A stretch of 24,000 bases of DNA from Allochromatium tepidum. GTDB lineage: Bacteria; Pseudomonadota; Gammaproteobacteria; Chromatiales; Chromatiaceae. The stretch covers positions 922,755-946,754 of the forward strand of contig NZ_AP024563.1 of assembly GCF_018409545.1 (NCBI RefSeq), in the 5' to 3' direction. The notes below the pieces were generated by a model that saw only the letters and a list, made by a program, of their open reading frames with translations, was not told the DNA's origin and did not search any database. Positions 19,101 to 24,000 of the stretch are shown here, in pieces (positions within the stretch are counted from its first letter, which is position 1; each line of letters begins with the position of its first letter). A program made the translations under genes and the position numbers.

Positions 19101-19771
19101 GAGGCGAAGGACAAGATCTGGTCGATCGCCGCGACTATGGCCGCCGCCCAGCCCGCACCCGAGATCCGCCTCGATCTGGTTGCCTATCGCGATCGCGATG
19201 ACGACTATGTGACCCGCGTGGTCGATCTGACCAAGGATCTCGACGGCCTGCACGCCGAACTGATGCAGCTTCAGGCCTAGGGCGGCGGCGATGGTCCCGA
19301 GAGCGTCAATCAGGCGCTCCATGAGGCCCTGCACCGCATCGGCTGGAGCCGGGACCGGGCGTCTATCGCGTCATCTTCCTGGTCGGCGATGCCCCGGCGC
19401 ACATGGACTATCCCAACGACGTGCCCTATCCCCAGACCCTGGCCGAGGCGCAGCGACGCGGGATACGTGTCAACGCCATCCAGTGCGGCACGCTGGCCGA
19501 GACGACCCGGGAATGGATGCGGATCGCGCAGCTCGGCAACGGCGGCTATTTCCAGGTCGAGCAGAGCGGCGGCGCGGTAGCCATCGCCACGCCCTATGAC
19601 GAGTCCCTGGCCAAGCTCTCGGCCGAACTCGACGAGACGCGGATCTATTACGGTCGCGCCGAGGAACGCGCGAAGGCGGAATCCTCGCTCGATCACAAGA
19701 TCTTCAGCGCCGTGCGCGAACAGGCCGCCGAGAAGGGACTGAGCTACGACAAGGCCGCGCCCGTGTATTGA
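19101..19771 (+). pseudogene. von Willebrand factor A domain protein remnant (N-terminally truncated, in-frame TAG, one frameshift)
   Basis: AKDKIWSIAATMAAAQPAPEIRLDLVAYRDRDDDYVTRVVDLTKDLDGLHAELMQLQA-TAG(19278)-GGGDGPESVNQALHEALHRIGWSRDRA, then a frame change near 19358, then VYRVIFLVGDAPAHMDYPNDVPYPQTLAEAQRRGIRVNAIQCG...GGYFQVEQSGGAVAIATPYDESLAKLSAELDETRIYYG. The MIDAS DxSxS strand that should precede this is missing. Confidence 0.7.
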
Positions 19772-19800
19772 AGTCGAGCTAGCCATGGACGGTGTCCCAT

Positions 19801-20190
19801 TCAATGGCTTACCGCCCGGACGGCCTCTTCACGGGTGTAGAACCGATCTTCGCGCACGAAGCCGGAGACGACCTCGGCGACGACCGCCACCACATGACCG
19901 GCCTCGTCGCGCGCCCGCACCCAGGACTCGGGCAGACCGTCGAGCACATGGATCGGCGCCGGAGTTCCGTCACTGAAGCGCGACAGCACGCATTCGCCGC
20001 TGCGCCGATTCAGATAACCGGGGCGGAAGCCGAGACCGGCATTGTTCCGGCTGACGCCAGGCGTATCGGCATAGAGCCGGTTTTCGTGACGCAGCGTCAT
20101 GTCGGTCAGGACACCGCGCATCCGCCGTTCGCGCTCCTGGCGCTCTTGGCCGGCGACCTGTCGTTGGAGGCGTTCGTCGTAGTCGTTCAT
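19801..20190 (-). CDS. Hypothetical protein (129 aa), co-directional with and downstream of the Lrp/AsnC regulator
   Basis: Strong SD (GAGGTGA, 3 nt before the ATG). Charged N-terminus (QRQVAGQERQERERRMR) and then a globular part (GFRPGYLNRRSGECVLSRFSDGTPAPIHVLDGLPESWVRARDEAGHVVAVVAEVVSGFVREDRFYTREEA). I cannot assign a family. Confidence 0.6.
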   Translation of the reverse strand: MNDYDERLQRQVAGQERQERERRMRGVLTDMTLRHENRLYADTPGVSRNNAGLGFRPGYLNRRSGECVLSRFSDGTPAPIHVLDGLPESWVRARDEAGHVVAVVAEVVSGFVREDRFYTREEAVRAVSH

Positions 20191-20320
20191 GGCTCACCTC
20201 GTTTTACGAGGACTGTACTCTGTGCAAATCAATAAGCATCGCGCGTGCCGGCCTGGCGGTTTCGGTCGGCGTCGACTCCAGGCTCGGGGCCGAATCCGGC
20301 TCCTTCGGCGCGATCTCGTA

Positions 20321-20791
20321 TCAGGTTATCGGCAGATCCGGGCGTTCCAAGACCCGTCGCAGGACGAAACTGGAATGCACGCCCGCCACGCCTTCCAGAC
20401 GTGTGATCTTGTTCAACAAAAAATCCTGATAGGCGTCCATGTCGCGCGCCACGACCTTGAGCTGATAGTCGGCTTCCCGTCCCGTGATGAGCAGGCATTC
20501 GAGCACTTCCGGCATATCCTTGACGGCGGCGTCGAAGCGTTCGAAGCGCTCCGGCGTGTGGCGGTCCATGGAGATGCTCAGGATCACCATGAGACTCAGG
20601 TCGAGTTTCTTCGCATCGAGTTCGGCGTGATAGCCGGTGATGAATCCGGCTTCTTCCAGTGCACGCACGCGCCTCAGACAGGGCGAGGGCGAGAGTCCGA
20701 TCCGCTCGGCCAGATCCTGATTGCTGAGGCGTCCGTCGCGTTGCAGTTCGACGAGGATCTGGCGGTCGTAGCGGTCGAGTTTCATGTGCAT
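20321..20791 (-). CDS. Lrp/AsnC-family transcriptional regulator
   Basis: 156 aa. LDRYDRQILVELQRDGRLSNQDLAERIGLSPSPCLRRVRALEEAGFITGY (HTH_AsnC) followed by a RAM/AsnC_trans_reg domain (...ECLLITGREADYQLKVVARDMDAYQDFLLNKITRLEGV). The start could instead be ATG 20785. Confidence 0.9.
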   Translation of the reverse strand: MHMKLDRYDRQILVELQRDGRLSNQDLAERIGLSPSPCLRRVRALEEAGFITGYHAELDAKKLDLSLMVILSISMDRHTPERFERFDAAVKDMPEVLECLLITGREADYQLKVVARDMDAYQDFLLNKITRLEGVAGVHSSFVLRRVLERPDLPIT

Positions 20792-20813
20792 GTCTCGATG
20801 ACGGCGTGCGGGC

Positions 20814-20869
20814 TGTCAGGGTTTGACAGAAGGGTGTCAGGATTTATCAGGGTAAAGCATTTTGACAGG
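20814..20869. promoter_or_regulatory. Array of five T-R-W-CAG-R heptamers, four at ~10.3-bp phasing, in the lrp-leuA divergent region
   Basis: TGTCAGG at 20814, TGACAGA at 20824, TGTCAGG at 20835, TATCAGG at 20845 and TGACAGG at 20863. The first two also form the palindrome CTGTCA-N5-TGACAG. The array starts 23 bp upstream of the regulator ATG. Confidence 0.45.
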
Positions 20870-21097
20870 ATATTGCGCAAAAAGCCTATTTTGTCGCCGT
20901 CTTCGCAATCGGATGCCGGTTGGTTTGAGATAGTCTAATCACCTTCGACTCACCGGTCGACATCCCGGCAGAGGCTCACGAGGCCCGCGCCGACCGGCTC
21001 GGTCCGACCCGGACTAGGAGCCAAGCGCCCGATCCGCAACCCGGAGACCGGCCAAGACCCGATTCGATACGACACCGACCGCACAGGAGACGATCCC

Positions 21098-22741
21098 ATG
21101 AGCCGCTTCGACCACCGACGTTACCGCCCCGGCCCGGTGGTGAACCTGCCCAACCGCCAGTGGCCCAATCGAACCGTCCGCGAAGCCCCGATCTGGGCCA
21201 GCGTCGATCTGCGCGACGGCAATCAGGCGCTGCACGAACCGATGAACGTCGAGCAGAAGCGGCGTCTCTGGGATCTGCTGGTGCGGCTCGGATTCAAGGA
21301 GATCGAGGTCGGTTTTCCCGCCGCCAGCCGGCCCGATTACGACTTCGTGCGCTGGTTGATCGAAGAGGACCGCATCCCCGAGGACGTGACCATCCAGGTC
21401 TTGGTCCAGGCGCGCGAGGATCTGATCCGCCGCACCTATGAGGCGCTCGTCGGCGTGCGCCGGGCGATCGTCCATGTCTACAACTCGACCTCGCCCGTAC
21501 AGCGCGACTGGGTGTTCGGCCAGGACCGCGAGGGTGTGAAGGCCATCGCGCGCCGGGGCGCCGAATGGGTGGCGCAGGGCGCGCGCGACCGGCCCGAGAC
21601 ACGCTGGACCTTCCAGTACTCGCCCGAGAGCTACACCGCGACCGAGCCGGACTATGCCATCGAGGTCTGCGAGGCGGTGCTCGACGTCTGGCAGCCGACG
21701 CCCGAGCGGCCCTGCATCATCAATCTGCCGGCCACGGTCGAGGTGTCGAGTCCGAACGTCTTCGCCGATCAGGTCGAGCACTTCGCGACCCAAATCAGTC
21801 GGCGCGACTCGATCCTGCTCTCGGTGCACACCCACAACGACCGCGGCGGGGCGGTGGCGGCGGCCGAGCTGGCATTGCCGGCCGGCGCCGATCGGGTCGA
21901 GGGCACCTTGCTCGGCAACGGCGAGCGCACCGGTAACGCCGATCTCCTGACGTTGGCGATGAACCTCTACAGCCAGGGCATCGACCCGAAGCTGGATCTC
22001 AGCCGCCCGGACGAGATCGTCGCCGTCTGCACCGAATGCACCGGCCTGCCGGTCCATCCGCGTCATCCCTGGGTCGGCGAGCTGGTCTATATGGCCTATT
22101 CGGGCAGTCATCAGGACGCCATCCGCAAGTGTCTGGCCCGCCAGACGCCGGATGCGCCCTGGAACGTGGCCTATCTGCCGATCGATCCGGCCGACCTGGG
22201 ACGCAACTATCAGGCGGTGATCCGCGTCAACAGCCAGTCGGGCAAGGGCGGCGTGGCCTTCGTGCTGGAGCAGGAGTTCGGCCTGAGTCTGCCGCGCTGG
22301 TTGCAGGTCGAGCTGGCCGCCCTGGTCCAGCGTGAGAGCGAGACCCGTGGTGGGGTGTTGGACGCGGCGCAGATCCGCGCCATCTTCGAGCGGCACTTCA
22401 TCGTCGATCAGGCTCCGCACCGTCTGCTCGGCTATCGGCTCGACCGCAACGGGCACGACGTCATCGAGGCGCGGATCGGCGCCCCGGACGGTGAACGGAT
22501 GCTGCATGGCGAAGGGCGGGGCGCGATGGCCGCCTTCGTGGATGCCTGGACGCGCTGGAGCGGTCGGAACGTCTCGGTGCTGGACTATCAGGAACACGCC
22601 ATCGGCGAGGGCACGGATGCCGAGGCGGCCGCCTATGTCCGGGTCGAGGTGGACGGACAGGCCATCAGCGGCGCGGCCATCGACCGCGACACGGTGGCCG
22701 CCTCGCTACGGGCCTTGCTCTCGGCGCTGAATCGTCGTTAA
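21098..22741 (+). CDS. leuA: 2-isopropylmalate synthase, long (LeuA type 2 / actinobacterial-yeast-like) form
   Basis: 547 aa. AGGAGA lies 7 nt upstream of the [91 protein letters not shown], and a C-terminal regulatory domain (...[22 protein letters not shown]). Confidence 0.92.
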   Translation: MSRFDHRRYRPGPVVNLPNRQWPNRTVREAPIWASVDLRDGNQALHEPMNVEQKRRLWDLLVRLGFKEIEVGFPAASRPDYDFVRWLIEEDRIPEDVTIQVLVQAREDLIRRTYEALVGVRRAIVHVYNSTSPVQRDWVFGQDREGVKAIARRGAEWVAQGARDRPETRWTFQYSPESYTATEPDYAIEVCEAVLDVWQPTPERPCIINLPATVEVSSPNVFADQVEHFATQISRRDSILLSVHTHNDRGGAVAAAELALPAGADRVEGTLLGNGERTGNADLLTLAMNLYSQGIDPKLDLSRPDEIVAVCTECTGLPVHPRHPWVGELVYMAYSGSHQDAIRKCLARQTPDAPWNVAYLPIDPADLGRNYQAVIRVNSQSGKGGVAFVLEQEFGLSLPRWLQVELAALVQRESETRGGVLDAAQIRAIFERHFIVDQAPHRLLGYRLDRNGHDVIEARIGAPDGERMLHGEGRGAMAAFVDAWTRWSGRNVSVLDYQEHAIGEGTDAEAAAYVRVEVDGQAISGAAIDRDTVAASLRALLSALNRR

Positions 22742-22766
22742 AGTGCGATCCTTCAACCGGACCGAG

Positions 22767-22799
22767 GCCACGGACTGCCGCGATCGGCGGTTCCGTGGC
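22767..22799 (+). terminator. GC-rich hairpin 26 nt after leuA (terminator-like, no U-tract)
   Basis: GCCACGGA (22767-22774) pairs with TCCGTGGC (22792-22799). The inner stem CTGCCG/CGGCGG (22775-22780 / 22785-22790) has one G-U pair, loop CGAT and one bulged T. Confidence 0.4.
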
Positions 22800-22899
22800 G
22801 TCGGCGTCATCCCGCCGGAATGAGCCGGACGCGCACACCGAGGGCTTGCACGGCGCGGCTTGGCGGATTTCCTCCCTCTCGCTTCAGACGCGCCTTCGC

Positions 22900-24000
22900 A
22901 TGATCAAGAAAATCGGTATCGACGACCTGCGGGTCGGCATGTATATCCATGACCTCAACTGCGGCTGGCTGGATCACAGCTTTCTGCGCAGTCGGTTCCA
23001 GATCAAGTCCGACTCCAACATCGAGCGTATCCGGCGTCTGGGTATCCACGAACTCTATATCGACACCGACAGGGGCGCCGACCTCCCCGAGGCGCCCACC
23101 GAGGGCGAGGTCGTCGAACAACTCGAACAGGAACTGGTCGAGGTCGGCGAGCAGGAGCACGTCCTGCCGCAGCCGGTCTCGCTCGCCGAGGAACGGGTGC
23201 AGGCCCGGCGCATCCACAACGAAGCGCTCCGGCTCATCGGCGGACTCATGCGCGATGCCCGGCTCGGGCGCCCGATCACGCTGGAACAGGTGCGCAACAC
23301 CATCGGCGAGATGGTCGGCTCGATCTTCCGCAATCAGAATGCGCTCATGGCTCTGGCGCGCATCCGCCACACCGACCGCTACACCTTCGAGCACTCGGTC
23401 AACGTCTCGGTACTCATGGTCTCGTTCGCGCGCGAACTGGGGCTGGAGCCCGCCGTAATCGAAGAAATCGGCATCGGCGCCCTGCTGCACGACATCGGCA
23501 AGACCCAGGTGCCGGACGCGATCCTGAACAAACCCGGTCGGCTCTCGGACGAGGAGTTCGCGATCATGCGCGGTCATGCCGCGCACAGCCGCGACATCCT
23601 CGCCGCCATTCCAGGCTTCTCGCCGACGGCGCTCGCGGTCGCCGCCGAACATCACGAGCGCTATGACGCCACCGGCTATCCCGACGGCAAGGGCGGCGAG
23701 TCGATCTCGCTCTATGGCCGGATGGCGGCCATCGTCGACGTCTATGACGCCATCACCTCGGATCGCGTCTATCACAAGGGCATGGAGCCGCATCAGGCGC
23801 TGCGCAAACTGCTCGAATGGAGCCGCTTTCATTTCGATCCGGATCTGGTGCGCCAATTCATCCGCTGTGTCGGCATCTATCCGGTCGGCAGTCTGGTGCG
23901 GCTGGAGAGCAACCGGCTCGGCGTGGTGCTGGAGAACGGTCGCGAAGGACTCATGGAACCCATCGTGCGCGTGGTGATGGATGCGCGCTGGCGGCGCTTT
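22900..24000 (+). CDS. HD-GYP domain protein (c-di-GMP phosphodiesterase family) with DUF3391-like N-terminus; runs off the right edge
   Basis: Absent from the ORF track because there is no stop in the window. ATG 22900 gives MIKKIGIDDLRVGMYIHDLNCGWLDHSFLRS... then FEHSVNVSVLMVSFAREL, GALLHDIGKTQVPDAILNKPGRLSDEEFAIMRGH, and EHHERYDATGYPDG (HD and GYP motifs). The frame stays open for 367 codons to position 24000. Confidence 0.87.
   Translation, partial: MIKKIGIDDLRVGMYIHDLNCGWLDHSFLRSRFQIKSDSNIERIRRLGIHELYIDTDRGADLPEAPTEGEVVEQLEQELVEVGEQEHVLPQPVSLAEERVQARRIHNEALRLIGGLMRDARLGRPITLEQVRNTIGEMVGSIFRNQNALMALARIRHTDRYTFEHSVNVSVLMVSFARELGLEPAVIEEIGIGALLHDIGKTQVPDAILNKPGRLSDEEFAIMRGHAAHSRDILAAIPGFSPTALAVAAEHHERYDATGYPDGKGGESISLYGRMAAIVDVYDAITSDRVYHKGMEPHQALRKLLEWSRFHFDPDLVRQFIRCVGIYPVGSLVRLESNRLGVVLENGREGLMEPIVRVVMDARWRRF

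Noticed and set aside
18513-19280. 255-aa ORF as a genuine single gene.
   Set aside because: Its three segments have different origins (kinase antisense, unknown C-terminal fragment, mid-vWA domain). It ends at a TAG that interrupts a conserved vWA block whose continuation is readable downstream.
20870-21097. Leucine leader peptide, attenuator or T-box upstream of leuA.
   Set aside because: There is no small ORF with consecutive Leu codons (the only ATG-initiated mini-ORF reads MPVGLR-stop). I saw no terminator/antiterminator pair, only a 7-bp CCGGTCG/CGACCGG pairing.

Overview
High-GC (roughly 65%) chromosomal segment that looks like a purple-sulfur gammaproteobacterium. This Chromatiaceae-like placement rests on my memory of the Allochromatium/Chromatium vinosum rbcR-rbcAB locus, not on a search. 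Gene order: opgD/opgG-like gene (partial, -), oxyR (-), clpB (+, with a sigma32-type promoter), exeA/gspA-gspB pair (+), mgtE (+) and ppiB (-). Then cbbR (-) diverges from cbbL-cbbS-cbbQ-cbbO (+), a non-carboxysomal form IA RuBisCO with its MoxR/vWA activase. After that come a chemoreceptor with an extra C-terminal domain (+), about 1.8 kb of decayed gene fragments, and a hypothetical gene plus an Lrp/AsnC regulator (-) diverging from a long-form leuA (+). The window ends in a partial HD-GYP gene (+). Two real genes are missing from the ORF track because they run off the window edges (1-355 minus, 22900-24000 plus). The many long antisense ORFs are high-GC artefacts. I saw no tRNA, rRNA, CRISPR, transposase or integrase. 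I did not find a convincing intact novel multi-gene system. The most unusual items are: (i) a mosaic of three unrelated gene wrecks read as one chimeric ORF; (ii) an MCP with an unassigned C-terminal domain directly after cbbO; (iii) a vestigial second copy of the rbcL 3' end plus a perfect 13-bp hairpin in a long cbbL-cbbS spacer; (iv) a helically phased heptamer array between lrp and leuA; (v) a 27-bp inverted repeat between mgtE and ppiB; (vi) an AT-rich perfect dyad over the clpB heat-shock promoter. All family assignments come from reading the translations and from memory of motifs. No searches were run.
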